From: Halomonas sp.
Lineage (GTDB): Bacteria > Pseudomonadota > Gammaproteobacteria > Pseudomonadales > Halomonadaceae
Assembly: GCA_020201075.1 (NCBI GenBank)
Contig: JAIVHL010000130.1
Span: 1-47,371, forward strand
Reading direction: 5' to 3'
DNA length: 47,371 bases
Shown: positions 8,756 through 19,595 of the stretch, in pieces
How the letters are laid out: every line of letters starts with the position of its first letter
Numbering within the stretch: position 1 is the stretch's first letter
Translations under genes and position numbers: made by a program
The notes under the pieces: model-generated
The model's input: only the letters and a program-made list of their open reading frames with translations
The model's database searches: none
What the model was told of the DNA's origin: nothing

Positions 8756-9645
8756 GGCAGTGATGCCCCCTCCGGCGGTTCATGGCAGCGATGGATGTCC
8801 TCGCACCAGGCGTCGAGCATCCGCCCCACCTCCAGCCGCCAGGGTTTCTGGTGGACGCCGAATACCTCGAGCACACGCCGGCAATTAAGCACCCGCCGAA
8901 GGGGGTGGTCGTGATGGTGGTGCATGGCCTTCACCTCTCCCAGCGCAGCCTGCTTGCCGAGACCCTCGAGACGGGTGGCGAGCTGCGTGCGCACCATGGA
9001 AACGAAGGTGTAGACACTGACTGGCTCAGTGCCGGCCAGGTGGTAGCTGCCCCAGGCATCGGCACCGCAGTGCTGCTGCTGGAGCATACCGATCAGCGAC
9101 ATGGCTACGGCATCGACGGAGGTGGGACAGCAGGTGACATCGGCCTCGCCGCGCACCTCTCGGCCGGCCACCAGGGTATCGACCAGCTCCCCCAGCCAGG
9201 CGTGGCCGCCTTCGAGGGCAAACAGCGGACCCAGGCGCACGATCAGATGCCGCGGATACTCTGCGCGGATGCGATCGCCGGTAACCACCAGGCGGCGCAG
9301 GCTCTCGTCCCGAGGCCGCGGGATAACGTGCTCATCGATGGGTTCGGCGAAACCGTCCTCGTAGAGCTGGTCGGAGACGCACCACATCAAGGGCACGCCG
9401 GCCTCGCGACACGCTTCCATACATTGCTCCACCGCCGCGGCATGGGCAGTCACTTCGGCAGGCGCAGCCTGAATGGGGCGCGACAGAGGTGGAATGATCA
9501 GCGCATCCGGCGCCACCTCGGCGAGCCGATCGGCGTTCACCACGCAGCCGGTATCAATGATCAGTTCAGTATCGCTGCGCAGATTGGCTTCCCGGGCCAG
9601 CGCCAGGCTCAGGCAGTGGCCGGCATCCAGTATCAGCAGCTTCAC
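8752..9645 (-). CDS. RmlD-like sugar-nucleotide-binding protein with degenerate active-site motifs
   Basis: RmlD-type C-terminal motifs (HLIVRLG, CPTSV-x-x-[13 protein letters not shown]-x-x-x-x-x-x-FGV-x-x-x-PW); GGAGG RBS; ATGA overlap with plsC. Confidence 0.7.
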   Translation of the reverse strand: MKLLILDAGHCLSLALAREANLRSDTELIIDTGCVVNADRLAEVAPDALIIPPLSRPIQAAPAEVTAHAAAVEQCMEACREAGVPLMWCVSDQLYEDGFAEPIDEHVIPRPRDESLRRLVVTGDRIRAEYPRHLIVRLGPLFALEGGHAWLGELVDTLVAGREVRGEADVTCCPTSVDAVAMSLIGMLQQQHCGADAWGSYHLAGTEPVSVYTFVSMVRTQLATRLEGLGKQAALGEVKAMHHHHDHPLRRVLNCRRVLEVFGVHQKPWRLEVGRMLDAWCEDIHRCHEPPEGASLP

Positions 9646-9681
9646 TCGTGCTCCTCCCTGCGCCGGGCAGTTTGCTCCGCT

Positions 9682-10091
9682 CTAGAACGGAATCTCGTCA
9701 TCAAAATCGTCGAAGCTTGGGGTGCGCCGCCGCCCTGGGCATCACCGCCGCCGCTCCGGGAATCGAGCATCTGCATGTCGTTGACGACAATCTCGGTGCT
9801 GTAGCGGTCTTGGCCGTCCTGACCCTGCCATTTGCGGGTCTGAAGTCGGCCCTCGACGTAGATCCGCGAGCCCTTCTTGAGGTACTGCTGGCCGATCTCC
9901 GCCAGCTTGTTGAACATCACCAGGGTGTGCCACTCGGTGCGCTCCTGGCGCTGGCCGGACTGCTTGTCCATCCAGGTATCGGTGGTGGCCAGCCGCAGGT
10001 TGGCCACCGGGGCCCCGGAGGGCAGAAAGCGAACCTCGGGATCTTGTCCCAGGTTGCCGATCAGGATGACCTTGTTGACGCCACGGGCCAT
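9682..10091 (-). pseudogene. ssb: Single-stranded DNA-binding protein, frameshifted by a deletion in the linker at ~9717 (probably artefact)
   Basis: [23 protein letters not shown] fold; acidic tip [14 protein letters not shown] (9682-9717) is present but out of frame; span 410 bp is not a multiple of 3. Confidence 0.93.
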
Positions 10092-10162
10092 GTTGGACTC
10101 CTTGCTGTCATAAATTAATGTGGCTGCAGGCAGGCCTGAAGGATGGCGCATCTAGCGCCTGC

Positions 10163-10200
10163 TTGCGAGCCAAGTCGTTGCGAGACACATGTTGCGAGCC
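10163..10200. repeat. Triple direct repeat TTGCGAG(C/A)C upstream of ssb
   Basis: Copies start at 10163, 10178 and 10192. Confidence 0.7.
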
Positions 10201-10205
10201 GGCCA

Positions 10206-11548
10206 TCAGGCCCGCTCCTTGCTATTTTCGATCACTCTTGCCAAGGCTTCTTCATCGAGGTGCCGGCGGTCAACCTTGAGGTAGGCCAGCCGATCCTCAG
10301 CAACCACCAGCACGTCCTCGACGCCGGCCACCTCGGCGAAGCGGGCCGCCAGACTCTCGAGGGCCGCACCGGCGGTGTCATGCCCGCCATCAGCGCCAGC
10401 CACACCACGCCCAGCAGGCCACAGCCGACGAATACCGCGGCCAGCCCCCACTGCTGGGCCAGAAAGCCGCCCAGCACCCCGCCCAGGAAGGCCCCCAGAA
10501 ACTGACTGGTGGAGTAGACCCCCATCGCGGTGCCCTTGGCCCCGGCCGGCGCCAGCTTGCTGAGCATCGACGGCAGGGTGGCCTCGAGAAGATTGAAGGC
10601 GATGAAAAACAGCAGCAGCCAGCCCAGTAGCCCCCAGAGACTGCCCTCCAGGCCGGCCAAACCGCCAAGGCTGAGGGTGATGGCGCCGATGGCCAGCAGG
10701 CACATCGCCTTCATCTGGCGGCGCTTTTCGGCCAGGATCACCAGCGGCACCATCCCGGCGAAGGCCAGCAGCATGACGCCCAGGTAGGTGAGTCCGTGAC
10801 GCTCCACCGCGATTCCTGCCTCCAGCAGCCGGAAGGGCACGGCAACGAAGATCGCCATCAGGATCAGGTGCAGGGAGAAGATGGAGAGATCCAGACGCAG
10901 CAGCTCATGGCGCCCCAGGGTCGCCGTCAGCTGGCTGCGCTCGATGCCGACGTCGCGGTGCTGAAGGCGCCGCGGCGCGGGGGGAACAAGCTTCCACAGC
11001 ACGGCTATGCCAAGCAGAGCCAATGCCGCGGTGAACCAGAACACCGAAGAAAGTCCGAAACCGGCAGCCAGCCAGGGACCCAGCACCATGGCCAGGGCAA
11101 AAGCCACGCCGATGGAGAGCCCGATAGTGGCCATGGCGGCGGTGCGCACCTGCTCGCGGGTCTGGTCGGCGAGCAGCGCCATGATGGCGGCGGCCACCGC
11201 GCCGCTACCCTGCAGGGAGCGGCCCGCAATCACCCCGCCGATGGACTCGGCGTTAGCCGCCACCACGCTGCCGATCATGAACAACACGAGGCCGAAAGCA
11301 ATCACCGGCTTGCGACCAATGCGGTCGGAGAGCGCGCCGAAGGGTATCTGCAACAGCGCCTGGGTAAGACCGTAGACGCCCAGTGCCAGCCCCACTAGCA
11401 GCGGGGTAGCACCGGTCAGATCGTCGGCGTAGAGGGCCAGCACCGGCAGCACCATGAACAGGCCCAGCATGCGCGTGGCATAGAGGCTGGCCAGCCCTGT
11501 GATGGCGCGCCGTTCGCTGGGCAACAGCAGCCCGGAAACCTTTCGCAT
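10206..11548 (-). pseudogene. yajR: YajR-family MFS transporter with C-terminal YAM domain, frameshifted at ~10371 (probably artefact)
   Basis: [33 protein letters not shown]-x-AMGVYSTSQFLG; YAM-like tail AGVEDVLVVAEDRLAYLKVD in another frame ending at 10206. Confidence 0.85.
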
Positions 11549-11650
11549 AGGGATGATGACGTTCCATGCTCGGGTGCGATGCACCCTTGAGTGAGTGGCA
11601 TATTCTAGCGGCTCGCTGCCACCCAGGGAAAGCCGCGCCCGGACCGCACT

Positions 11651-11680
11651 TTGCCGCCACGGCAGCCAGCCCCGTATAAT
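11651..11680 (+). promoter_or_regulatory. Sigma70 promoter of uvrA
   Basis: TTGCCG-N18-TATAAT, ~30 bp upstream of ATG. Confidence 0.65.
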
Positions 11681-11709
11681 GGATCTTTTGCCGTGCGCCC
11701 GAGGTGGGA

Positions 11710-14562
11710 ATGGACAAGATTCTGGTGAGGGGTGCTCGCACCCACAACCTGAAAGATATCGATGTCGAGCTGCCCCGCGACAGGCTGATCGTGGTCACCG
11801 GGCTGTCTGGCTCAGGCAAGTCGTCGCTGGCCTTCGATACCCTCTACGCAGAGGGACAGCGCCGCTACGTGGAATCGCTCTCCACCTATGCGCGACAATT
11901 TCTGTCGATGATGGAGAAGCCCGACGTCGACCATATCGAGGGGCTGTCACCGGCGATCTCCATCGAACAGAAGTCCACCTCTCATAACCCACGCTCTACC
12001 GTGGGCACCATCACCGAGATCTACGACTATCTGCGTCTGCTGTTCGCCCGCACCGGTACTCCCCGGTGCCCGGAGCACGGCGAGGACCTGGCGGCCCAGA
12101 CGGTCTCGCAGATGGTCGACCAGGTGCTGTCGCTCCCCGAGGGCAGCAAGTTGATGCTGCTAGCCCCGGTGGTCAAGGGGCGTAAGGGCGAGCACCTGCA
12201 GCTGCTGGCCGAGCTTCGCGCCCAGGGTTTCGTGCGCGCCATGGTGAACGGCCAGGTGCTCGAACTCGATGACATTGCGCCCCTGGACAAGAACCGCAAG
12301 CACGACATCAGCGTGGTGGTAGATCGCATCAAGGTCCGCGAAGGGCTGCAGCAGCGTCTTGCGGAATCCTTCGAGACCGCCCTGAATCTCTCAGACGGCA
12401 TCGCCATGGTTCATTTCATGGACGGCGAACAGGAGGATATCGCCTTCTCCGCACGCTTCGCCTGCCCGGTATGCGGCTACTCCATCGCCGAGCTTGAGCC
12501 GCGCATGTTCTCGTTCAACAACCCCGCCGGCGCCTGCCCAAGCTGTGAGGGGCTGGGCGTGCAGCAGGTGTTCGACCCGGACAAGCTGATCAGCCACCCG
12601 GAGCTTTCCCTGGCCGAGGGCGTCATCAAGGGATGGGACCGCCGCAGCGTGTTCTACTTCAATCAGCTGCAATCGGTGGCGGAGCATTACCGCTTCACCC
12701 TGGAAACCCCCTGGCAGGAGCTGGCGCGCCACGAGCGCGAGGTGGTCCTCCACGGCAGCGGCCACGACGAGATCGCCTTCCATTACGTCAACGATCGTGG
12801 CCGCAAGGTAACCCGTCAACACCCCTTTGAGGGGGTACTGCCCAACCTGCAGCGCCGCTACCGCGAGACGGAATCTAACATGGTGCGCGAGGAGCTGGCC
12901 CGCTACATCGCCGTTCAGCCCTGCCCGACCTGCCAAGGTTCGCGGCTGCGCAAGGAATCGCGCCACGTCTTCATCGACGAGCACAACCTGCCGGAGATGG
13001 TACGCCTGCCCATCGGCGAGGCGTCGCGCTACTTCAAGGCCCTGGAACTGCCCGGCCGGCGCGGCGAGATCGCCGTGAAGATCATCAACGAGATCCACGC
13101 CCGCCTGGAGTTCCTGGTCAACGTAGGGCTCGACTACCTGACTCTGGAACGCAGCGCCGAGACCCTCTCCGGCGGCGAGGCCCAGCGCATCCGCCTCGCC
13201 AGCCAGATCGGTGCCGGCCTGGTCGGCGTCATGTATATCCTCGACGAACCCTCCATCGGCCTGCATCAGCGGGACAATGAGCGTCTGCTCAAGACCCTAG
13301 AGCGTCTGCGCGATCTGGGTAATACCGTGATCGTGGTGGAGCACGATGAAGAGGCCATTCGCGCCGCGGATCATGTGCTGGATATCGGACCCGGCGCGGG
13401 CGTCCACGGCGGGCGCATCGTCGCCCAGGGCACCCCCGAAGCCGTGATGGCCAACCCCGACTCCCTGACCGGCCAGTACCTGGTCGGCACCCGACGCATC
13501 GAGGTGCCGCCGTGGCGGATACCCGGCAATCCGGAAAAGACCCTGCGCCTGGTGGGTGCGACCGGCAACAACCTCCAGGACGTGACCCTCGAGCTGCCAC
13601 TGGGGCTGTTCATCTGCGTCACCGGGGTTTCGGGTTCCGGCAAGTCGACCCTGATCAACGCGACGCTGATGCCCATCGCCGCTCGTGAACTCAACCACGC
13701 CACCAGCCTGACGCCGGGGCCCTACCAGCGCATCGAAGGGCTCGATCAGCTCGACAAGGTCATCGATATTGACCAGAGCCCCATCGGCCGCACCCCGCGC
13801 TCCAACCCGGCCACCTATACCGGCATCTTCACGCCGATCCGCGAGCTCTTTTCCGGCACGCAGGAAGCCCGAGCACGAGGTTACAAACCGGGTCGCTTCA
13901 GTTTCAACGTCAAGGGCGGGCGCTGCGAGGCGTGCCAGGGCGAAGGGATGATCAAGGTGGAGATGCATTTCCTGCCGGACATCTACGTCCCCTGCGACGT
14001 CTGCAGGGGCAAGCGCTACAACCGCGAGACGCTTGAGATCCAGTACAAGGGAAAGAGCATCGATGAGGTGCTGGGAATGACGGTAGAGGAAGCGCTGGCG
14101 TTCTTCAGCCCGGTACCGGCCATCGCCCGGCGCCTGCAGACCCTGCTCGATGTGGGACTCTCCTACATTCGCCTGGGCCAGAGCGCCATTACCCTCTCCG
14201 GCGGTGAGGCGCAGCGGGTCAAACTGGCTCGTGAACTTGCCAAACGCGACACCGGCAAGACGCTGTATATCCTCGACGAGCCCACCACCGGGCTGCACTT
14301 CGAAGATATTCGTCAGCTGCTCACCGTGCTCCATCGCTTGCGCGACCACGGCAATACCATCGTGGTGATCGAGCACAACCTGGACGTGATCAAGACCGCA
14401 GACTGGGTGGTCGACCTGGGTCCCGAGGGCGGCTCCGGCGGCGGGCGCATCATCGCCGAGGGCACCCCCGAACAGGTCGCGAAGAAGAGCGTCTCCCACA
14501 CCGGCCGCTTCCTCAAGCCCCTGCTGGAGCGTGCCCGGCAACACAAGGCCGAGCCGGCATAG
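11710..14562 (+). CDS. uvrA: Excinuclease ABC subunit A
   Basis: Two Walker A motifs ([16 protein letters not shown]), two LSGGEAQR motifs, zinc-finger CxxC pairs; GAGG RBS. Confidence 0.98.
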   Translation: MDKILVRGARTHNLKDIDVELPRDRLIVVTGLSGSGKSSLAFDTLYAEGQRRYVESLSTYARQFLSMMEKPDVDHIEGLSPAISIEQKSTSHNPRSTVGTITEIYDYLRLLFARTGTPRCPEHGEDLAAQTVSQMVDQVLSLPEGSKLMLLAPVVKGRKGEHLQLLAELRAQGFVRAMVNGQVLELDDIAPLDKNRKHDISVVVDRIKVREGLQQRLAESFETALNLSDGIAMVHFMDGEQEDIAFSARFACPVCGYSIAELEPRMFSFNNPAGACPSCEGLGVQQVFDPDKLISHPELSLAEGVIKGWDRRSVFYFNQLQSVAEHYRFTLETPWQELARHEREVVLHGSGHDEIAFHYVNDRGRKVTRQHPFEGVLPNLQRRYRETESNMVREELARYIAVQPCPTCQGSRLRKESRHVFIDEHNLPEMVRLPIGEASRYFKALELPGRRGEIAVKIINEIHARLEFLVNVGLDYLTLERSAETLSGGEAQRIRLASQIGAGLVGVMYILDEPSIGLHQRDNERLLKTLERLRDLGNTVIVVEHDEEAIRAADHVLDIGPGAGVHGGRIVAQGTPEAVMANPDSLTGQYLVGTRRIEVPPWRIPGNPEKTLRLVGATGNNLQDVTLELPLGLFICVTGVSGSGKSTLINATLMPIAARELNHATSLTPGPYQRIEGLDQLDKVIDIDQSPIGRTPRSNPATYTGIFTPIRELFSGTQEARARGYKPGRFSFNVKGGRCEACQGEGMIKVEMHFLPDIYVPCDVCRGKRYNRETLEIQYKGKSIDEVLGMTVEEALAFFSPVPAIARRLQTLLDVGLSYIRLGQSAITLSGGEAQRVKLARELAKRDTGKTLYILDEPTTGLHFEDIRQLLTVLHRLRDHGNTIVVIEHNLDVIKTADWVVDLGPEGGSGGGRIIAEGTPEQVAKKSVSHTGRFLKPLLERARQHKAEPA

Positions 14563-14614
14563 AATAAAAAAATAAAAAAGAATAAAAAACCGGCCCCTCG
14601 AGAGGGGCCGGTTT
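14563..14614 (-). terminator. Rho-independent terminator of the alpha operon, possibly also serving uvrA
   Basis: AAACCGGCCCCTC-GA-GAGGGGCCGGTTT stem (14587-14614) followed by a long T tract on the minus strand. Confidence 0.85.
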
Positions 14615-14645
14615 CGCGTGCCATAGCCTGAAGCGCAGTCGAGGA

Positions 14646-14857
14646 TCACTCCTCGGCGGCGGCTTCCTCGGCCTCGACGACCGGACGGTCCACGAGTTCG
14701 ACATAAGCCATGGGATAACGCGACGCAGCTCCTTGGCCTTGGGCAGGGTTGTCTTGATGACTTCGTGCTCGATCAACGACACGCTCATGTTCTTGAACAT
14801 GGCCTGGCGGTGCGAGCTGGTCCGATTGAGATGACGACCACTCTTACGATGACGCAT
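14646..14857 (-). pseudogene. rplQ: 50S ribosomal protein L17 with ~175-bp internal deletion plus frameshift at ~14713 (probably artefact)
   Basis: [20 protein letters not shown]...KELRRVI joined out of frame to [24 protein letters not shown]. Confidence 0.93.
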
Positions 14858-14896
14858 GGGTGTGATTCCTTACCAAACTGGGACTCGAGTCGGCGC

Positions 14897-15895
14897 TCAC
14901 GCAGAGGCCTTGTCGTCCTTCAGGCTAGCCGGCGGCCAGTTTTCCAGCCGCATGCCCAGTGAAAGACCGCGCGCTGCCAGGACGTCCTTGATCTCGTTCA
15001 AGGACTTCTTGCCGAGATTCGGCGTCTTCAACAGCTCCACCTCGGTGCGCTGGATCAGATCGCCGATATAATAGATATTCTCGGCTTTTAGGCAGTTGGC
15101 GCTGCGAACGGTCAACTCGAGATCGTCTACAGGGCGCAGCAGGATCGGATCGATATGATCCTCTTGCTCCTCCACTTCCTGTTCCTTGTCGGCTTCCAGA
15201 TCGACAAACGCGGCCAGCTGATCTTGCAGGATGGTCGCGCTGCGACGGATCGCTTCCTCGGGATCCAGGGTGCCGTCGGTTTCCAAGTTGATGATCAACT
15301 TGTCGAGATCGGTGCGCTGTTCAACACGTGCGGCCTCGACAGAATAGGAAACCCGACGCACGGGGCTGAAGGTCGCATCCAGCTGCAGGCGGCCGATGGC
15401 ACGAGACTCATCGTCAGCTCCGAGACGCGCGTCCGCCGGCTCATAGCCGCGGCCGAGCGCCACCTTGATCTGCATCTTGAGCTCGGCGCCCTCGTTGACG
15501 TGGGCAATGACGTGCTCGGGATTGACGATCTCGACGTCGTGGTCGAGAGCGATGTCACCCGCGGTAACGACGGCAGGGCCCTGCTTGTTCAGCGAGAGCA
15601 CCGCCTCATCGCGGCTGTGCATCTTGATCGCCACGTCCTTGAGATTCAGGAGGATTTCAATGACATCTTCCTGGACCCCTTCGATCGCGCTGTACTCGTG
15701 ATCGACACCGCTGATCTCGACTTCCACCACGGCACAGCCGGGCATGGACGAGAGCAGGATGCGACGCAGTGCGTTGCCTAGGGTGTGGCCAAAGCCACGC
15801 TCGAAGGGCTCAAGCACGATCTTGGCGTGATGTGCGCTGATCTCTTCGACCTTGATGTCGCGAGGACGAAGAAACTCGGTCACTGAACGCTGCAT
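14897..15895 (-). CDS. rpoA: RNA polymerase subunit alpha
   Basis: [23 protein letters not shown]; alpha-[17 protein letters not shown]. Confidence 0.99.
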   Translation of the reverse strand: MQRSVTEFLRPRDIKVEEISAHHAKIVLEPFERGFGHTLGNALRRILLSSMPGCAVVEVEISGVDHEYSAIEGVQEDVIEILLNLKDVAIKMHSRDEAVLSLNKQGPAVVTAGDIALDHDVEIVNPEHVIAHVNEGAELKMQIKVALGRGYEPADARLGADDESRAIGRLQLDATFSPVRRVSYSVEAARVEQRTDLDKLIINLETDGTLDPEEAIRRSATILQDQLAAFVDLEADKEQEVEEQEDHIDPILLRPVDDLELTVRSANCLKAENIYYIGDLIQRTEVELLKTPNLGKKSLNEIKDVLAARGLSLGMRLENWPPASLKDDKASA

Positions 15896-15973
15896 ATGTA
15901 CACCTTTCAGGCTGCCAAACGGATACTCGGTACTCTGAGCCGGCCCCCTCAGGGGGCCGGGCGCTAGCAGCGC

Positions 15974-16594
15974 TTACTTGGAGTACAGCTCGACGATCAG
16001 GGCCTCGTTGATGTCGGCCATCAGGTCGCCGCGCTCGGGCAGCGCCTTGAACGTGCCTTCCATCTTCTTGGCGTCGATCTCGATCCAGGCCACATCGCCG
16101 CGGTTGGCGGCCAAGGCCAGGGCACTCTGGATGCGAGCCTGGTTCTTCGACTTCTCGCGAACGGAAACCACGTCACCAGGCTTGACCTGATAAGAGGCCA
16201 CGTTGACGGTCTTGCCGTTCACGGCGATAGCCTTGTGACTGACCAGCTGCCGAGCTTCGGAGCGGGTCGAGCCGTAGCCCATGCGGTAGACGACGTTGTC
16301 CAGTCGGGATTCGAGAAGCTGCAGCAACACTTCGCCGGTAGCGCCCTTGAGACGGGCCGCTTCCTTGTAGTAGTTGCGGAACTGCTTCTCGAGTACGCCA
16401 TACATGCGACGTACTTTCTGCTTCTCGCGAAGCTGCAAGCCGTATTCGGAAATACGCTGACGGCGCTGGCCGTGCACACCCGGAATCTGCTCGGATTTGC
16501 ACTTCTTCTCGAAGGGAGTCACACCGCTCTTCAGAAAGAGGTCGGTGCCTTCACGACGAGACAGTTTGCACTTCGGTCCAATATAACGAGCCAT
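15974..16594 (-). CDS. rpsD: 30S ribosomal protein S4
   Basis: [16 protein letters not shown]; [14 protein letters not shown]. Confidence 0.99.
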   Translation of the reverse strand: MARYIGPKCKLSRREGTDLFLKSGVTPFEKKCKSEQIPGVHGQRRQRISEYGLQLREKQKVRRMYGVLEKQFRNYYKEAARLKGATGEVLLQLLESRLDNVVYRMGYGSTRSEARQLVSHKAIAVNGKTVNVASYQVKPGDVVSVREKSKNQARIQSALALAANRGDVAWIEIDAKKMEGTFKALPERGDLMADINEALIVELYSK

Positions 16595-16606
16595 GAATCT
16601 GTCTCC

Positions 16607-16927
16607 TTAAACGCGGCGTTTCTTCGGCGGACGGCAGCCATTATGGGGAATGGGCGTAGGACCTGGGCCCTTGACCAGCACGTCGACGTTTTTCACACCA
16701 TACTCGGCTGCAGCAGTCGCTGCACGCTCGCTTGCTACTTGAGCAGCGAACGGGGTGCTCTTGCGAGAACCACGAAAACCCGAACCACCGGCTGTCGCCC
16801 AAGAAAGCGCGTTGCCCTGGCGGTCTGTGATCGTAATGATCGTGTTGTTAAAAGAGGCGTGGATATGCGCAACGGCATCCACCACCTGCTTTTTAACCTT
16901 CTTGCGATTGCTACGCGGGTTAGCCAT
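16607..16927 (-). CDS. rpsK: 30S ribosomal protein S11 with in-frame ~22-codon deletion at 16657/16658
   Basis: [20 protein letters not shown]; KGPGP joined directly to [16 protein letters not shown]. Confidence 0.95.
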   Translation of the reverse strand: MANPRSNRKKVKKQVVDAVAHIHASFNNTIITITDRQGNALSWATAGGSGFRGSRKSTPFAAQVASERAATAAAEYGVKNVDVLVKGPGPTPIPHNGCRPPKKRRV

Positions 16928-16966
16928 GTTGATGATTCTTCCTGTCTTTACGCCAGAACGTGCGTG

Positions 16967-17323
16967 TTATTTGCGGATCGGCTTGCGCGGGCCCTTGCGG
17001 GTACGCGCATTGGTCTTGGTACGCTGACCACGCAGCGGAAGACCACGACGATGACGCAGACCACGGTAGCAACCCAGATCCATGAGACGCTTGATGTTAA
17101 GCGTGACATCACGGCGAAGGTCGCCCTCTACGGTATATTTGCCGACCTCGGAACGCAGGGTGTCTAGCTCTTCGCTTGACAGCGCCTGGATCTTGGTGGT
17201 CGACGTGATGCCGGACGCAGCACAGATTTCCTGTGCACGAGTACGGCCAATCCCGAAGATATAGGTCAGCGAGATCGCCGCATGCTTGTTGTCCGGGATA
17301 TTGACGCCTGCAATACGGGCCAT
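16967..17323 (-). CDS. rpsM: 30S ribosomal protein S13
   Basis: [14 protein letters not shown]...[14 protein letters not shown]. Confidence 0.98.
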   Translation of the reverse strand: MARIAGVNIPDNKHAAISLTYIFGIGRTRAQEICAASGITSTTKIQALSSEELDTLRSEVGKYTVEGDLRRDVTLNIKRLMDLGCYRGLRHRRGLPLRGQRTKTNARTRKGPRKPIRK

Positions 17324-17380
17324 CAGCTTACTCCGAAATTTGAGCGGCTTGCTCGTTGGGTCATCTTTAAAAGGCGCAAC

Positions 17381-17409
17381 AGCATATCTCTTTCCCTGCG
17401 ACAGGGCAA
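17381..17409 (-). promoter_or_regulatory. Alpha operon promoter
   Basis: TTGCCC-N17-TATGCT upstream of rpsM. Confidence 0.6.
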
Positions 17410-17446
17410 GAGACATGCCGGCGCCGGTACATCGCAGCGTAGGGAA

Positions 17447-17560
17447 TCAGCCCTGACGTTGCTTGTGCCGCGGTTCGCTGCAGATGACGCGGACAGCGCC
17501 ATTGCGACGAATGATCTTGCAGTTGCGGCACATTTTCTTAACGGAAGCTCGAACTTTCAT
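17447..17560 (-). CDS. rpmJ: 50S ribosomal protein L36 (zinc-binding type), absent from ORF track
   Basis: Manual translation [37 protein letters not shown]; GGAG RBS. Confidence 0.97.
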   Translation of the reverse strand: MKVRASVKKMCRNCKIIRRNGAVRVICSEPRHKQRQG

Positions 17561-17637
17561 CGTTCCATCTCCAAAGTTGGCTCGCGCCGCGAGCCGATAT
17601 TTCAACTCGCGGCACACCAATTCACGTGCGGCGCGTC

Positions 17638-18969
17638 TCAGCGCATCATGCCGCCGCTACCGTAGCCTTTCAGGTTGGACTTCTTCATCACCGACTCGTA
17701 CTGGTGCGACATGAGATGCGATTGCACCTGAGCCATGAAATCCATGATGACCACCACCACAATCAGCAGCGCCGTGCCGCCAAAGAAGAACGGCACGTTC
17801 CAGGCCACGATCAGGAACTGAGGCATCAGGGAAACAGCGGTAATGTACATGGCGCCGAACAGGGTCAGACGCGTCATGACCTTGTCGACATAGCGAGCGG
17901 TCTGCTCGCCAGGACGAATCCCCGGCAGGAAGGCACCAGACTTCTTCAAATTGTCGGCGACGTCCTTAGGATTGAAGACCAGCGCTGTGTAAAAGAAGCA
18001 GAAGAATATCACCGCCGCAGCAAAAAGCAAGATATGCAGCGGCTGACCAGGGCCCAGTGCCTGGGACGCTTGCTGGAGCCACTCGAGACCTTCGCCACTT
18101 CCCACCCATTGACCCAGCGAGGCCGGGAACAACAGGATGCTGGAGGCGAAGATCGCCGGAATAACGCCCGCCATATTCACTTTCAGAGGCAGATAGCTAC
18201 TCTGGCCGGCATACATCTTGTTGCCAACCTGGCGCCGAGGGTAGTTCACGGTGATACGACGCTGACCACGCTCGATAAACACCACGAAAGCAACAGTAGC
18301 GACGCCCAGCACGGAGAGGGCCAGTAGCGGAAGCACATTCCAGGCGCCTTCGTTGCGGGCCAGCTCAAAGGCTTGCCCCACTGCGCTCGGCAGTCCAGCG
18401 ACGATACCCGAGAAGATCAGCAGCGAGATACCGTTGCCAATGCCCTTCTCGGTAATCTGTTCGCCCAGCCACATCAGGAACACTGCACCGGTCACGAAGG
18501 TGACGATCGCGGTGAAGAAGAAACTGAAGTCTGCCGAGTAGGCAACTCCCTGATTGGCTAGACCGACCGACATACCCGTACCTTGAACCAGCGCCAAGGC
18601 CACGGTGAGGTAGCGGGTGTACTGGCTAATCTTGCGACGACCGCCCTCGCCCTCCTTCTTGAGCTGTTCAAGATGGGGCGATACGGCGGTCATCAGCTGC
18701 ATGATGATCGATGCCGAGATGTAGGGCATGATGCCCAGCGCCATGATGCTCATCCGCTCCAGGGCGCCACCCGAGAACATGTTGAACATGCCAAGGATGG
18801 TGCCCTGCTGCTCCCTGAACAAGGCAGCAAGCTGGTCAGGATTCATACCGGGCACGGGGATGTGGGCACCGATCCGGTACACCACGATGGCGAGGAGCAC
18901 GAAGCGCAGGCGCGCCCAGAGTTCACCCAGACCGCTGCCCGTCGCCGGCATTTTTCCTGACTTGGCCAT
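17638..18969 (-). CDS. secY: Preprotein translocase subunit SecY
   Basis: [36 protein letters not shown]. Confidence 0.99.
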   Translation of the reverse strand: MAKSGKMPATGSGLGELWARLRFVLLAIVVYRIGAHIPVPGMNPDQLAALFREQQGTILGMFNMFSGGALERMSIMALGIMPYISASIIMQLMTAVSPHLEQLKKEGEGGRRKISQYTRYLTVALALVQGTGMSVGLANQGVAYSADFSFFFTAIVTFVTGAVFLMWLGEQITEKGIGNGISLLIFSGIVAGLPSAVGQAFELARNEGAWNVLPLLALSVLGVATVAFVVFIERGQRRITVNYPRRQVGNKMYAGQSSYLPLKVNMAGVIPAIFASSILLFPASLGQWVGSGEGLEWLQQASQALGPGQPLHILLFAAAVIFFCFFYTALVFNPKDVADNLKKSGAFLPGIRPGEQTARYVDKVMTRLTLFGAMYITAVSLMPQFLIVAWNVPFFFGGTALLIVVVVIMDFMAQVQSHLMSHQYESVMKKSNLKGYGSGGMMR

Positions 18970-19404
18970 TTAGTCCTCTACCTTGCCGCCGGCGGATTCG
19001 ATAGCGGCCCGGGCACCCTTGGTGACCTTGATGCCGCGGACCGTAACCGCCTTGTTCAGTTCGCCGGACAGGATCACCTTCGCATGCAGCGTGGCGTCCT
19101 TCAGCACGTTGGCTTGCTTGAGGGTCTCCAGGGTGACTTCATCACCTGCCACCTTGGCGAGTTCACCCAGGCGGACTTCTTCGGAAACCATCGACTTCAT
19201 GGAGGTGAAGCCGAACTTCGGTAGACGCCGCTGCAGGGGCATCTGGCCGCCTTCAAAGCCGGGCTTGACGGTACCGCCACTGCGCGACTTCTGGCCCTTG
19301 TGACCACGGCCACCGGTCTTGCCCAGACCGGAACCAATGCCACGACCGACACGCTTTGCAGCGTGCTTTGAACCCGGGGACGGGCTCAGGCTATTGAGTT
19401 TCAT
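18970..19404 (-). CDS. rplO: 50S ribosomal protein L15
   Basis: [13 protein letters not shown]; GFEGGQMPL. Confidence 0.99.
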   Translation of the reverse strand: MKLNSLSPSPGSKHAAKRVGRGIGSGLGKTGGRGHKGQKSRSGGTVKPGFEGGQMPLQRRLPKFGFTSMKSMVSEEVRLGELAKVAGDEVTLETLKQANVLKDATLHAKVILSGELNKAVTVRGIKVTKGARAAIESAGGKVED

Positions 19405-19407
19405 GGA

Positions 19408-19590
19408 TTACTCTCCCTCAACGCGCACAAGGTAGGTCACCTTGTGGATCATGCCGCGTACGGCAGGGGTGTCTTCCAGTTCAACCGTATGACCGATGCG
19501 GCGCAGCCCAAGACCTTTCATGGTGGCCTTGTGCGTTGGCAAAATGCCGATGGTACTGCGGGTCTGGGTAACCTTGAGTGTTGCTGTCAT
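19408..19590 (-). CDS. rpmD: 50S ribosomal protein L30
   Basis: [10 protein letters not shown]...[23 protein letters not shown]. Confidence 0.97.
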   Translation of the reverse strand: MTATLKVTQTRSTIGILPTHKATMKGLGLRRIGHTVELEDTPAVRGMIHKVTYLVRVEGE

Positions 19591-19595
19591 GGTAT

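Noticed and set aside
9642-9720. Alternative SSB C-terminus whose stop overlaps the next gene's ATG, as if translationally coupled
   Set aside because: The canonical DDEIPF-stop is present in another frame; the ATGA stop is a coincidence of the downstream start context.
10163-10200. CRISPR-like or iteron array
   Set aside because: Units are 9 bp with 5-6 bp gaps and only three copies; no cas or rep genes nearby.
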